DNA of 64,000 nt from an uncultured virus (IMG/VR IMGVR_UViG_3300008964_000003). Taxonomy: Duplodnaviria > Heunggongvirae > Uroviricota > Caudoviricetes. The translations under genes and the position numbers were made by a program. Below, in pieces: positions 29,088 through 38,850 of the stretch (positions are counted from its first letter, which is position 1; each line of letters opens with the position of its first letter). Location: the IMG/VR virus record IMGVR_UViG_3300008964_000003; one strand, written 5' to 3'. A model generated the notes under the pieces. The model searched no databases, was not told where the DNA came from, and worked only from the letters and a program-made list of their open reading frames with translations.

Positions 29088-29498
29088 ATGGTAGCTAACG
29101 TAAAACAAATGAAGCTTATCACTGGAGAAGAAATTCTTTGCGATTTGACTGAAGCTTTATACGATGAGGAAGATGGAATTGAGCATACGTTACTTCTCAG
29201 ATCAGCTTATACATTAGTATCCCACGAAGATTTTGAGAATCAAATAAGGTATTATACCTTTAAACCTTTCATGATGCATTTGTATGAGCCAAATAAAGTA
29301 TTAGCTCTTAATGCACATTCAGTTATTTGTATGGTTCAGCCGGATAAAAAAGTGATTGATCAGTATGATGAACATATTTCACAGTTTAATTTCGATGAAA
29401 GCGCTGAAGAAGACGAAGATCCATTAGCGGTACCGGAAGATGATGAACCGACGAATAATAAAGTCCTAAAGTTTAAGCCAAAGGATAAGCTGCATTAA
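29088..29498 (+). CDS. Conserved T4-like hypothetical protein (Sm-like?)
   Basis: KLITGEEILC N-terminus; lies between uvsW and gp55. Confidence 0.55.
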   Translation: MVANVKQMKLITGEEILCDLTEALYDEEDGIEHTLLLRSAYTLVSHEDFENQIRYYTFKPFMMHLYEPNKVLALNAHSVICMVQPDKKVIDQYDEHISQFNFDESAEEDEDPLAVPEDDEPTNNKVLKFKPKDKLH

Positions 29499-29543
29499 TA
29501 GTATACTTCTCCTCCCCCAGAAGTATTACTTCTATTATACACA
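29499..29543. repeat. 45-bp dispersed repeat, copy 2
   Basis: Near-identical to 5998-6042; overlaps a minus-strand TGTACA-N16-TATAAT at 29534-29561. Confidence 0.9.
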
Positions 29544-29594
29544 CATTACCAGATATGTACACATAAAAATGCGCATATCATTAAAATAATTTGA

Positions 29595-29623
29595 TTTACT
29601 TACCCTAAGAGCTGATGTATAAT
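29595..29623 (+). promoter_or_regulatory. Early/middle promoter for gp55
   Basis: TTTACT-N17-TATAAT. Confidence 0.65.
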
Positions 29624-29648
29624 CAGTAATATATGCTAGGAATATAAT

Positions 29649-30254
29649 ATGAAACCTAAAGATAGACCACACTACGTTAATAATAAAGAGTTTTCACTTG
29701 CAGTCGTTGACTATGTCAAGAGTGTAACTGAAGCAAAGGAAGCTGGAACAGAGATTCCGAAGGTGACTAACTACATTGCACAGTCATTTCTACGAATAGC
29801 TGAAGGACTTTCACACAGGGCAAATTTCATCAGATACACATACCGAGATGAGATGGTAATGGATGCTGTTGAAAATTGTCTTAAAGCAATTAATAACTAT
29901 AATATTGATGCACCTACACGCACGGGTATGCCTAATGCGTTTTCCTATTTTACACAAATTTCTTGGTATGCTTTCTTGCATCGTATTGCAAAGGAAAAGA
30001 AGCAACAAGATATTAAGATGAAATACATTTCACAATCCCCATTTGAAGACTTTGCAGTTGAAGGCGCTGATGAAGCCAGTATTCAAGCAGGGCATGCTTT
30101 CATCGATCAGCTAAAAGGCAAGATTGATCAGTTGAAAGAAAAAGATACTTACTTTGATGTGAAGTATAAAGAAGAGGCCAAAGCAGCAAAGTTGCGCAAA
30201 AAGCGCGTGGTGAGCTCTAACGACTCTGATCTTAGCACCATTTTTGGAGACTAA
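29649..30254 (+). CDS. gp55: Late sigma factor gp55
   Basis: HYVNNKEF, NFIRYTYRDEMVMD, NAFSYFTQI. Confidence 0.96.
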   Translation: MKPKDRPHYVNNKEFSLAVVDYVKSVTEAKEAGTEIPKVTNYIAQSFLRIAEGLSHRANFIRYTYRDEMVMDAVENCLKAINNYNIDAPTRTGMPNAFSYFTQISWYAFLHRIAKEKKQQDIKMKYISQSPFEDFAVEGADEASIQAGHAFIDQLKGKIDQLKEKDTYFDVKYKEEAKAAKLRKKRVVSSNDSDLSTIFGD

Positions 30255-30257
30255 ATT

Positions 30258-31010
30258 ATGAGAATTTTGATGACAGGTGAAGAAGGTATGGTTGGCACCT
30301 ACCTTACAAAATATCTTACTGACCGTGGATATGATATTATTCCATTTGGCGGCGAATTTGGCAAAGGTAGTGATATTACCAAAGCTGAAGATTGGAATAA
30401 GCTACTTGATTTGACTCCTTTTGATGGCATTATTCATCTAGCCGCATTAGCTGGTGTAAGGCCATCTATTGAAGATCCTGAGCTTTATTACAATAATAAT
30501 GTCGGCGGAACGAAACTTATGTTGGAGTTTGCTGAACGATGTGGGATTAAAAGAGTTCTATATGCATCCTCATCTAATGCCGCTGAATGGTGGACTAATC
30601 CATATGGCACGACTAAAAAGATGAATGAAATTCAAGCTGAAAATTATAGCTCCATCGGTATGCGTTTCCATACTATATGGCCAGGTCGTGATGATATGCT
30701 TTATAAAAAGCTTGAACGAGGTGAAGTTTCTTTTATCAATGCTAATCACTTTCGTGATATGATTCATGTTGAAGATATCTCAAGCGCTATTAAACTTTTA
30801 CTTGAGAACTTCGAAGCACTTGCTTTCCTTAAAGCTGTTGATATTGGCACAGGTGAAACTATTTCTGTTGCTGATATTGCAAAGGCATATGGATACGAAG
30901 GTGAGTATATTGAAGAAAATCCTGAAGGGGAACGTGTAGTCACTAAAGCTGATATTAAGTGGCTTACAGATCTCGGTTGGAAACCTAAGTGGAATATTTT
31001 GGATGTCTAA
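30258..31010 (+). CDS. NAD-dependent epimerase/dehydratase
   Basis: TGxxGxxG, HLAALAGVRPS, YASSS, YxxxK (YGTTK). Confidence 0.9.
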   Translation: MRILMTGEEGMVGTYLTKYLTDRGYDIIPFGGEFGKGSDITKAEDWNKLLDLTPFDGIIHLAALAGVRPSIEDPELYYNNNVGGTKLMLEFAERCGIKRVLYASSSNAAEWWTNPYGTTKKMNEIQAENYSSIGMRFHTIWPGRDDMLYKKLERGEVSFINANHFRDMIHVEDISSAIKLLLENFEALAFLKAVDIGTGETISVADIAKAYGYEGEYIEENPEGERVVTKADIKWLTDLGWKPKWNILDV

Positions 31011-32067
31011 AGTTGCTATTATTAATGATACTCATTGTGGTGTTAGGAATTCTTCTGACATTTTTGCCGATAATGCTGACCTTTTTTATAACGATGTTTT
31101 CTTTCCTTATCTCGTTGATAATGGAATTAAGCGTATTATTCATTTGGGTGACGTGTTTGATAATCGTAAGTTTATTAATTTTAAATCTCTACATAAGTTC
31201 AGGAAATCTTTTCTTGCCAATCTGAGAAAACACCACATCCATATGGATGTAATTCCAGGTAATCACGATACATTCTATAAGAATACTAATGATCTAAATG
31301 CTTTGAAAGAGTTGCTCGGCCACTATATGGGTGAAGTTACTATCCATATGGATCCTACTGTTCTTAATCTAAATGGATTTAAGCTTGCGTTGTTGCCATG
31401 GGTTTGTTCCGAAAACTATGATAAATCTCTTGAGTTTATTAAGACATGTAAAGCTGATTGGCTTGGAGGTCACCTAGAACTTCAGGGATTTGATGTTCTT
31501 AAAGGCGTGCAAGCACATGCTGGTATGGATCATAAAATCTTTTCACGGTTTGAAAAGGTTATTTCAGGTCACTTCCATACAGCATCTCAACAAGATAACG
31601 TAGAATATCTTGGAACTCAACTTGAGTTTACTTGGTCAGATGCTCATGATCCTAAGAAATTTCATATCCTCGATACAGCTACACGTGAACTAACCTCTGT
31701 TACAAATCCCCATACATTGTTCGAACGTATTAACTACGACGATACAAAAATGGATTATCAAATGTATGATACCACGCATTTGGATGGTAAGTTTGTTAAA
31801 GTGGTTGTAATTAATAAAACTGACCTGTTTACATTTGACAAGTTTATTGATAGAATACAATCACAGAAGATCCACGAACTCAAGATCGCTGAAAACTTCA
31901 ATGAATTCTTAGGTGAAAACGTAGAAGATGAAGCAGTATCAGTCGAAGAAACGACTGAGCTACTTGATAGTTACGTGGATGCTGTTGACACTGATTTGGA
32001 TAAAGACAAACTAAAAGTCTCTATGCGTAATCTTCTCACTGAAGCCCAAGCTATGGAAATTGCATGA
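31003..32067 (+). CDS. gp47: Recombination endonuclease gp47 (Mre11-like)
   Basis: DTH, LGDVFD, GNHD, GHLE, SGHFH. Confidence 0.96.
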   Translation: MSKVAIINDTHCGVRNSSDIFADNADLFYNDVFFPYLVDNGIKRIIHLGDVFDNRKFINFKSLHKFRKSFLANLRKHHIHMDVIPGNHDTFYKNTNDLNALKELLGHYMGEVTIHMDPTVLNLNGFKLALLPWVCSENYDKSLEFIKTCKADWLGGHLELQGFDVLKGVQAHAGMDHKIFSRFEKVISGHFHTASQQDNVEYLGTQLEFTWSDAHDPKKFHILDTATRELTSVTNPHTLFERINYDDTKMDYQMYDTTHLDGKFVKVVVINKTDLFTFDKFIDRIQSQKIHELKIAENFNEFLGENVEDEAVSVEETTELLDSYVDAVDTDLDKDKLKVSMRNLLTEAQAMEIA

Positions 32068-33800
32068 TCAGGTTTAAAACCCTTCGCTGGAAAAACTTTA
32101 TGTCTACCGGCGATACCTTCACCAAAATTGAATTAAATAAAACTAGTTCCACTTTGATCGTAGGTCAGAATGGTGCTGGTAAATCTACTATGTTGGATGC
32201 AATGTCATTTGTTCTATTTGGCAAGCCTCACCGTAATATCAATAAACCACAACTTGTTAATAGTATTAATAATAAAGCATGTCTGGTTGAAATTGAATTT
32301 GGTGTTGGTTCATCACAATATAAGGTTGTTCGTGGTATCAAGCCTCAGGTATTTGAGATCTGGAAAAATGGTATTATGATTAACCAAGACTCGCATGCTA
32401 AAGAATATCAGAAGCTATTAGAACAAAATATTATTAAGCTTAATCATAAAAGCTTTCACCAAATTGTTGTTCTAGGCTCTTCGTCGTTTATTCCGTTTAT
32501 GCAGTTACCAGCACAACATCGTCGTGATGTTATCGAAGATCTTCTGGATATTAATGTGTTTTCTAAAATGAATACACTTATCAAAGAGAAGAATTCTGTC
32601 CTCAAAGATCGGCTTAAAGATATTGCATATCAACTTGATTTGAAAAAGAATTCTGTTGAATCTCAGAAGAAGTATATTCGTGATATCACTCAGATGAATG
32701 AAGAAGAAATCAATTCTAAGCATACGCAAATCAAAGCTATCGAAGAAGAGATTTCTCAAATCCAATCTGAAAATGGTATTGCTAGTGCCTTTATTGAAGC
32801 ACAAAGCGAAAAAACGCAAGCTGGACTAAATGCGGCACTTGATAAACGTCAAGCGTTGCTTCAGTATAAAGCACAATTTAATGCTCAGATTAAAGGTGTA
32901 GTAGGTGATGCTAAGTTCTATGAAGAGAATGACAATTGCCCTACATGCACGCAATCGATTGAAGAAGATCTCAGAGCTACTAAACTTCAAGCTGCAAAGT
33001 CTAAAGCATCTGAACTTCAAAGTGCATTGAATAAGATTGCGGACGAAGCTTCAGGTATTGAAGAATCTATTGCTAAATTTACAGATGCATATGAACTTAT
33101 TCGTCAGCGTCAATCTGAAATTAATAGCAATAACCAGACTATCAATAGACTTCATAGCAGTATTTCTTCGTTGAATACCGACATTAGTAGATTGACTGCC
33201 CGTGAAGGCGATCTTGGTAGAGCTAATGAAGAATTATCTGAGATGAAATCTGAGCAAAATGCTTTGATGGAAAACAGACTTATCCTAAATGAAGAAATGT
33301 CATATAATGCTGTTATGGGAGAGATGCTAAAAGATACCGGCATTAAAACTAAAGTTATTAAACAGTATATTCCTATTATCAACAACCTTGTTAATCAGTA
33401 TTTACAAATCCTTGACTTCTTTGTACACTTCAACTTGGATGAAGAGTTTAGAGAGACTATTCGTTCACGCCACCGTGATGCTTTCTCATATGACTCATTC
33501 TCTGAGGGTGAGAAGCAGCGCATTGACTTGGCGCTTCTATTCACATGGCGTCAAATTGCTAAGATGAAAAATAGCGTTGCGACTAATCTTTTGGTTCTTG
33601 ATGAAACGTTTGATTCATCTCTTGATCACGATGGTGTTGATAACCTTATGAAAATCCTTTATACACTAGGCGATGATACTAATGTATTTGTTATCAGTCA
33701 TAAGGGTGAAATTCTTGAAGGCAAATTCAAAAACAAGATTGAATTCTACAAAGATAAAAACTTTTCAAAGATGAAAGATTTTAGTTTACAATCTGCTTAA
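32064..33800 (+). CDS. gp46: Recombination ATPase gp46 (Rad50-like)
   Basis: GQNGAGKS, CPTC zinc hook, FSEGEK, LDE, ISH. Confidence 0.97.
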   Translation: MIRFKTLRWKNFMSTGDTFTKIELNKTSSTLIVGQNGAGKSTMLDAMSFVLFGKPHRNINKPQLVNSINNKACLVEIEFGVGSSQYKVVRGIKPQVFEIWKNGIMINQDSHAKEYQKLLEQNIIKLNHKSFHQIVVLGSSSFIPFMQLPAQHRRDVIEDLLDINVFSKMNTLIKEKNSVLKDRLKDIAYQLDLKKNSVESQKKYIRDITQMNEEEINSKHTQIKAIEEEISQIQSENGIASAFIEAQSEKTQAGLNAALDKRQALLQYKAQFNAQIKGVVGDAKFYEENDNCPTCTQSIEEDLRATKLQAAKSKASELQSALNKIADEASGIEESIAKFTDAYELIRQRQSEINSNNQTINRLHSSISSLNTDISRLTAREGDLGRANEELSEMKSEQNALMENRLILNEEMSYNAVMGEMLKDTGIKTKVIKQYIPIINNLVNQYLQILDFFVHFNLDEEFRETIRSRHRDAFSYDSFSEGEKQRIDLALLFTWRQIAKMKNSVATNLLVLDETFDSSLDHDGVDNLMKILYTLGDDTNVFVISHKGEILEGKFKNKIEFYKDKNFSKMKDFSLQSA

Positions 33801-33813
33801 TATTATGTACAAT
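33785..33813 (+). promoter_or_regulatory. Early/middle promoter
   Basis: TTTACA-N17-TACAAT. Confidence 0.7.
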
Positions 33814-33842
33814 ATACAAATGCGAAACGAAAGCGAGACATT

Positions 33843-34532
33843 ATGAAACTATCTGACTCAACCACACAAATCCTTAAGAACTATGCTGGTATTAATTCCA
33901 ACATCGTTTTCAATGCAGGTTCACGTATCTGCACCATCTCTGAAGCACGTAATATTCTATCTGCTGCTTCTGTTGACGCTGAATTTCCATCTACATTCGG
34001 CGTATATGACTTGAATGAATTCTTGGGTGTTCTTTCACTTGTTGATGAACCTCAAGTTAAATTTGAAGAAAAGTTTGCTGTTATTGCTGACTCAACTGGT
34101 CGTTCAAAGATTAAATACTTCTTCACTGATACTGATATGCTCACATCGCCTAATGGTACTATGCTAGATAAAGCTATGGAAATGAATAGCTTCCAAGTAG
34201 AGTTTGAGTTTGATCAGGATACACTAAACAAAATCAAACGTGCAGCATCAGCTCTTGGACATTCTCTTGTGTCAGTTACTGCGGCTAATGGATCATTGGT
34301 TCTTACCGTGTTTGACCCAGAAAATCCAACATCAAATACATTCAGCCTTGATATTGCTGGAACGTATGAGCATGAAAACTTCTCATTGGTATTTGGTATC
34401 CCAAACCTAAAAATCATTCCAGGCACGTACAAGGTCGGGCTTTCATCTAAACTCATGTCTCGCTTTACTCATACTGAGCAAGATATCGTTTACTGGATTG
34501 CACTAGAAAAATCCTCAACTTACGGAGCCTAA
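33843..34532 (+). CDS. gp45: Sliding clamp gp45
   Basis: MKLS..T..ILKNYA.IN, FGVYDLNEFL, YWIALE. Confidence 0.95.
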   Translation: MKLSDSTTQILKNYAGINSNIVFNAGSRICTISEARNILSAASVDAEFPSTFGVYDLNEFLGVLSLVDEPQVKFEEKFAVIADSTGRSKIKYFFTDTDMLTSPNGTMLDKAMEMNSFQVEFEFDQDTLNKIKRAASALGHSLVSVTAANGSLVLTVFDPENPTSNTFSLDIAGTYEHENFSLVFGIPNLKIIPGTYKVGLSSKLMSRFTHTEQDIVYWIALEKSSTYGA

Positions 34533-34533
34533 A

Positions 34534-34722
34534 ATGGACAAACAAATTATTGAAATCTCTGCACGAGTAGCACGTAGCACAATGGCAGTAATCGACACTG
34601 TTGTACAACGTGGCGGATTCCGCGGTGAAGAACTTACTACAATCGGCCAGCTCCGTGACCAATGTGTTCAACTCATTGCTATGTCAGAAGCCTCCGCCCA
34701 AGAGGCTGCAGCACAGGAATAA
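34534..34722 (+). CDS. Small hypothetical protein
   Basis: IDTVVQRGGFRGEEL..IG motif. Confidence 0.65.
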   Translation: MDKQIIEISARVARSTMAVIDTVVQRGGFRGEELTTIGQLRDQCVQLIAMSEASAQEAAAQE

Positions 34723-34725
34723 TAG

Positions 34726-34754
34726 TTTACATTATACTCCTAATATATTATAAT
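34726..34754 (+). promoter_or_regulatory. Early/middle promoter
   Basis: TTTACA-N17-TATAAT. Confidence 0.75.
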
Positions 34755-34779
34755 GAACAAACCTTGAATTGGAGTTATT

Positions 34780-35718
34780 ATGTCTAAAGACTTTCTATGG
34801 GTAGAGAAATATCGCCCAAAAACAATCTCTGAAACTATTCTGCCTACGGCACTCAAGAAGACACTTCAGAATATGGTAGATACCGGTGAATTGCAGAATA
34901 TGCTTTTCACCGGTACTGCTGGATTAGGCAAGACCACGGCAGCTAAGGCTTTGTGTAATGAGTTGGGTCTTGACTATATCGTAATCAATGGATCTGAAGA
35001 AGGTAACATTGATACGCTTCGTGGTAAAATTAAACAGTTTGCTTCTACTGTCAGCTTTGCCGGTGGATATAAAGTTGTTATTCTAGACGAAGCTGACTAT
35101 ATGAATGCTCAGTCCACACAACCTGCGTTGCGTGGTTTTATTGAGCAATTCTCTGATAACTGTCGCTTTATTCTCACTTGTAACTTTAAGAACCGTATTA
35201 TTGAACCACTTCATTCACGTTGTGGTGTATACGAATTCAACACGACCAAAAAGGATACTGCGCCACTTGCTGCTCAGATGATGAAGCGTCTTCAAACTAT
35301 TCTTGATACTGAGAACGTTACATATCAGGATAAAGATCTTGCAGAAGTCATTATGAAATACACTCCAGACTGGCGTCGTGTTATTAATGAAATCCAACGT
35401 AATAGTAATGGCGGTGAACTTAATATTGCTACGGCTATGGCAGGAACTGCTGGACAATTTGATGAACTCTTTAATCACATCAAAGCCAAAGACTTTAAGA
35501 ATATGCGGCAATGGATCGTAAACAATATGGATCTTGATACAACAGCTATTATTCGTGGCGTATATGATCGCATTTACGATAAAGTTGCCCCTGCTAGCAT
35601 TCCACAAATCGTTCTTATCCTTGCTGACTATCAGTATAAAGCAGCATTCGTTGCAGACCATGAACTCAATCTTGTGGCTTGTATGACCGAAATTATGTCT
35701 GAGGTACAAATCCAATGA
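34780..35718 (+). CDS. gp44: Clamp loader large subunit gp44
   Basis: LWVEKYRP, GTAGLGKTT, LDEAD, SRC. Confidence 0.97.
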   Translation: MSKDFLWVEKYRPKTISETILPTALKKTLQNMVDTGELQNMLFTGTAGLGKTTAAKALCNELGLDYIVINGSEEGNIDTLRGKIKQFASTVSFAGGYKVVILDEADYMNAQSTQPALRGFIEQFSDNCRFILTCNFKNRIIEPLHSRCGVYEFNTTKKDTAPLAAQMMKRLQTILDTENVTYQDKDLAEVIMKYTPDWRRVINEIQRNSNGGELNIATAMAGTAGQFDELFNHIKAKDFKNMRQWIVNNMDLDTTAIIRGVYDRIYDKVAPASIPQIVLILADYQYKAAFVADHELNLVACMTEIMSEVQIQ

Positions 35719-36305
35719 ATACAATCTATGACTTTGAGACCATGTCACAGGATCCAGTTAACGGTGTAGTAGTATCCTTTGCTATGCTTAACTTCGACCC
35801 TAAACGTTTTACATCAAATCCGTATACATATAACGAGTTGGTTGATAATGCCAAGTTTATGAAGTTTGATGTTGTAGATCAGGTTAAAAATTACGGCCGT
35901 ACAATTTGTAAAGATACCGTTGAGTGGTGGGGTAATCAGAGTAAAGAAGCCCAAAAGTCTATTGCTCCTAACCCATCACTTGACCGACCTATCTCTGAAC
36001 TGTATTCGTTTTATAGAGAAAATATGCCGGATTATCCCGGATTAACATATACACGCCGAAATACATTTGATCCGGTGTTTATGACTTCTCTTATGAAAGC
36101 AACTGGTAACCCAGAGCCATATGCGTGGTGGGATGTTCGTGATACAATCAGTTACATCGAAGGTCTAGCTATTACTGGCTATATCAAAAACAACTTTGTT
36201 CCAGATGATTTGGCTGAACACTTTATTGCTCACGATCCTCGTCATGATATTGCTATGGACACTATGCGTCTTCAAATTCTGGTAGACGCAGTAACATCAT
36301 TTTAG
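35715..36305 (+). CDS. dexA: DEDDh 3'-5' exonuclease (DexA-like)
   Basis: DFET, TVEWW..Q, FD, RD, H.P.HD..MD. Confidence 0.75.
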   Translation: MNTIYDFETMSQDPVNGVVVSFAMLNFDPKRFTSNPYTYNELVDNAKFMKFDVVDQVKNYGRTICKDTVEWWGNQSKEAQKSIAPNPSLDRPISELYSFYRENMPDYPGLTYTRRNTFDPVFMTSLMKATGNPEPYAWWDVRDTISYIEGLAITGYIKNNFVPDDLAEHFIAHDPRHDIAMDTMRLQILVDAVTSF

Positions 36306-36313
36306 GAGATAAT

Positions 36314-36601
36314 ATGCTAACAATTTATACTAAAGATGAATGCTTTTACTGTAAGAACCTAAAGAAGAACCTTGAAAAGTGGGGTTTCTCTTATCAAGAG
36401 GTTAACATTTCTAATAGTGATACTGCTATGGAATGGTTTAAAAAACAAGGTTATAAAACAGTCCCTCAGCTTTACTTTGATACCGTTAATGTTCAGAAGG
36501 GGGAATCTACAGCTCTTACTAAACAAAAACTTGAAGAGAGAATTGAACGCGTTATGTGGCCTTCTATTGATGGTGGTATCGAATGTGATGAAATGGGATA
36601 G
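36314..36601 (+). CDS. Glutaredoxin (NrdH/NrdC-like)
   Basis: TIYTK..CFYC, TVPQ. Confidence 0.88.
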   Translation: MLTIYTKDECFYCKNLKKNLEKWGFSYQEVNISNSDTAMEWFKKQGYKTVPQLYFDTVNVQKGESTALTKQKLEERIERVMWPSIDGGIECDEMG

Positions 36602-37127
36602 GTTTGTACATCCGGATCCTAACATTGGAAGAGTTGCTTCGGTTTATTTAAGCGAAGACAGAAGATTTATAAAAAAATACTATAATCCCGATAACATTAC
36701 TGTTTCGGGAGAACAGACTATACAAACGCCTGAATATATAAATCAGAAATGGGAAGCTGAAGTCGCTAGTCAAATACAATTGCATGGTTTGCCTTGGGTG
36801 CCAAAACTCGTTGAAATTAATGTGAATGAGAAATCCGTTACTCAAGAATATTACGGTCCGGATCTTTTAATTCAAGGTTATGATGACATACCGGATATTG
36901 AAGATCAAATAGTTGAGATATATAAGTATTTCAAAGAGATTGATGTGTATAAATTGAATGGCGCGTTATCGAATATGACTAAGCTTGACGGTAAAGTTAT
37001 TATGTTTGATTTTAAATATATGCGCCGCAGGACCGATGATCTTAAACCATATGCTTTATATGAAATTAACGAATGGCTTTCAAAGATTAGTCCTACACTT
37101 GCTCCTAGATTGAAAGAACTGATATGA
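36588..37127 (+). CDS. Protein-kinase-like fold enzyme
   Basis: FIKKYY, E helix, VPKLVE, QEYYGPDL, N...DF motif; likely start ATG 36588. Confidence 0.6.
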   Translation: MKWDRFVHPDPNIGRVASVYLSEDRRFIKKYYNPDNITVSGEQTIQTPEYINQKWEAEVASQIQLHGLPWVPKLVEINVNEKSVTQEYYGPDLLIQGYDDIPDIEDQIVEIYKYFKEIDVYKLNGALSNMTKLDGKVIMFDFKYMRRRTDDLKPYALYEINEWLSKISPTLAPRLKELI

Positions 37128-37960
37128 CGGTGTATAGTTTTTTACCATACCAAATCTCTGAGGTTTTGGCAAAAACACCTATAAAAAATAAAGGCAATTT
37201 TGACGATTTAGTTGAGTGTAAAGAAGCTTGGGTTGAATGGATATCAAAGTTTTCAGGTGCTGAAAATAAAAAAGAGTGGGCAATTACTAATGGCATCCAT
37301 GAGGCTTTAACGCACCAGTTAGCACATGTATATAACAAGTATGATAAAATATACTGGTTTGATACTGATTATAAATTTTACAAAGTGCTCTGTATGTCGT
37401 ATAATAACGTAGGTATCAGTAGCGCTAGATTGGATTTGATTGAGCCAAACAGTTATGTTATAGTTAGTCAACCTAATCACGAAGGTGGTATTACTCCATG
37501 GCTAAAAGATCTTATTTCCATATGTCAAAATAATGGATCTAAGATCTTTTTAGATTGCGCTTTTTATGGAACTACATTCGATACACTTGACACAAGCCTA
37601 GAAGTATTTGATGCTGTTGCATTCAGTATGAGTAAGAATTTTCTTTTAGGTGGTATCAGGTCGGGTATAGTGTTTTCGGATAGTCTGCCGATGACATTAA
37701 CTGTTCCTATATCAGAACATTTTGGATATAGTTATTACAATATATTTGCAACAGAAGTAGCCAAAAATATCCTTCCTCTTTTTGATTGCAACTATATAAC
37801 TCGTCACGCGAAACCTATTCAGGCACAGTATTGCCTAGAGAATAATCTTAAACCTGCTGATATATGGATGTGGGCTTTTGATAATGATGGAAACAAAATT
37901 TGTATAACTGATGAGATATCTCACCTTATACAAAAGGAATTAGATAATGAACCCATTTGA
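37124..37960 (+). CDS. PLP-dependent enzyme (aminotransferase class I/II-like)
   Basis: TNGIHEA, SQPN, FLDCAF, FSMSK.F..GGIRSG (PLP lysine). Confidence 0.75.
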   Translation: MTVYSFLPYQISEVLAKTPIKNKGNFDDLVECKEAWVEWISKFSGAENKKEWAITNGIHEALTHQLAHVYNKYDKIYWFDTDYKFYKVLCMSYNNVGISSARLDLIEPNSYVIVSQPNHEGGITPWLKDLISICQNNGSKIFLDCAFYGTTFDTLDTSLEVFDAVAFSMSKNFLLGGIRSGIVFSDSLPMTLTVPISEHFGYSYYNIFATEVAKNILPLFDCNYITRHAKPIQAQYCLENNLKPADIWMWAFDNDGNKICITDEISHLIQKELDNEPI

Positions 37961-38330
37961 ATATGTGAACTCTATTAATACCACTAAACAAGATTTAATG
38001 ATAGATGATTTGGCAGAAAAGGCATACATTCCTTTTACTGTAAATCGTTCACTCTCATACTTTAATGATACCGTATTAATGGTCAATGAGATGAATAAAC
38101 ATGCCAGTTTAGACAAAAAACTACAATATCATTTTCTCATAAATATTGTCAGAAAGCGAAAACGCTTTTCTAAATGGAATAAACCTGAATTGGTTAATGA
38201 TGTTGAAGTGGTAAAAGAATATTATGGCTATAGTAATGAAAAAGCCCGACAAGTTTTGCCCCTTCTCTCATCCGACCAAATAATGAATTTGAGAGAAAAG
38301 GTGAACAAAGGTGGTAGAACAAAAAAATAA
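37947..38330 (+). CDS. gp62: Clamp loader small subunit gp62
   Basis: PFEYVNSIN, Y.PF.VNRSLS, RKRKRFSKW, EYYGYS. Confidence 0.93.
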   Translation: MNPFEYVNSINTTKQDLMIDDLAEKAYIPFTVNRSLSYFNDTVLMVNEMNKHASLDKKLQYHFLINIVRKRKRFSKWNKPELVNDVEVVKEYYGYSNEKARQVLPLLSSDQIMNLREKVNKGGRTKK

Positions 38331-38724
38331 TGTCCAATGGACACCATCTGACATGCTTGAAGTTACATTGAATGAACCCGATGACTTCCTAAAGGTTAGA
38401 GAAACACTAACACGAATCGGTGTAGCATCCCGTAAAGATAAGAAATTGTATCAATCTTGCCATATCTTGCATAAGCAGGGTAGGTATTTTATTGTGCATT
38501 TTAAAGAGTTATTTCTTCTCGATGGTAAAAAATCCAATCTTGAAGTAAATGATATCCAACGTAGAAATAGTATTGCTATGCTTTTAAGTGACTGGGGGCT
38601 AATTCAGTTTGCTAAAAAGGGTGATACATTACAATTGGCGCCTCTTCGTCAAATTAAAATTATCCCATTCAAAGAAAAAGAGCAATGGGAACTCTGCCCG
38701 AAATATAACATCGGTAATAAATAA
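38311..38724 (+). CDS. regA: Translational repressor RegA
   Basis: DDFLKVRETLTRIG, LYQSCHILHKQG.Y.IVHFKELF. Confidence 0.96.
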   Translation: MVEQKNNVQWTPSDMLEVTLNEPDDFLKVRETLTRIGVASRKDKKLYQSCHILHKQGRYFIVHFKELFLLDGKKSNLEVNDIQRRNSIAMLLSDWGLIQFAKKGDTLQLAPLRQIKIIPFKEKEQWELCPKYNIGNK

Positions 38725-38725
38725 T

Positions 38726-38791
38726 TTTATCCTAAAAGGTAATACCAGGTATTCTGTAATGGTATAGCTTATTTTTGCCTTTTAGGATAAA
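38726..38791. repeat. 14-bp perfect inverted repeat between regA and hsp20
   Basis: tttatcctaaaagg (38726-38739) / ccttttaggataaa (38778-38791). Confidence 0.8.
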
Positions 38792-38798
38792 TACACTT

Positions 38799-38850
38799 GA
38801 GCGCAGGAGAACCTGGCTCTTAATATTCTTGCTTGAAAAAGGAGAACACA
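38799..38850 (+). promoter_or_regulatory. ROSE-like RNA thermometer in hsp20 leader
   Basis: UUCUU-G-CUU gaaa AAGGAGAA hairpin sequesters the SD with a bulged G; a second hairpin lies upstream. Confidence 0.65.

Noticed and set aside
36372..36587. Long N-terminal extension of the kinase-like ORF
   Set aside because: It overlaps the glutaredoxin gene; ATG 36588 is the more plausible start
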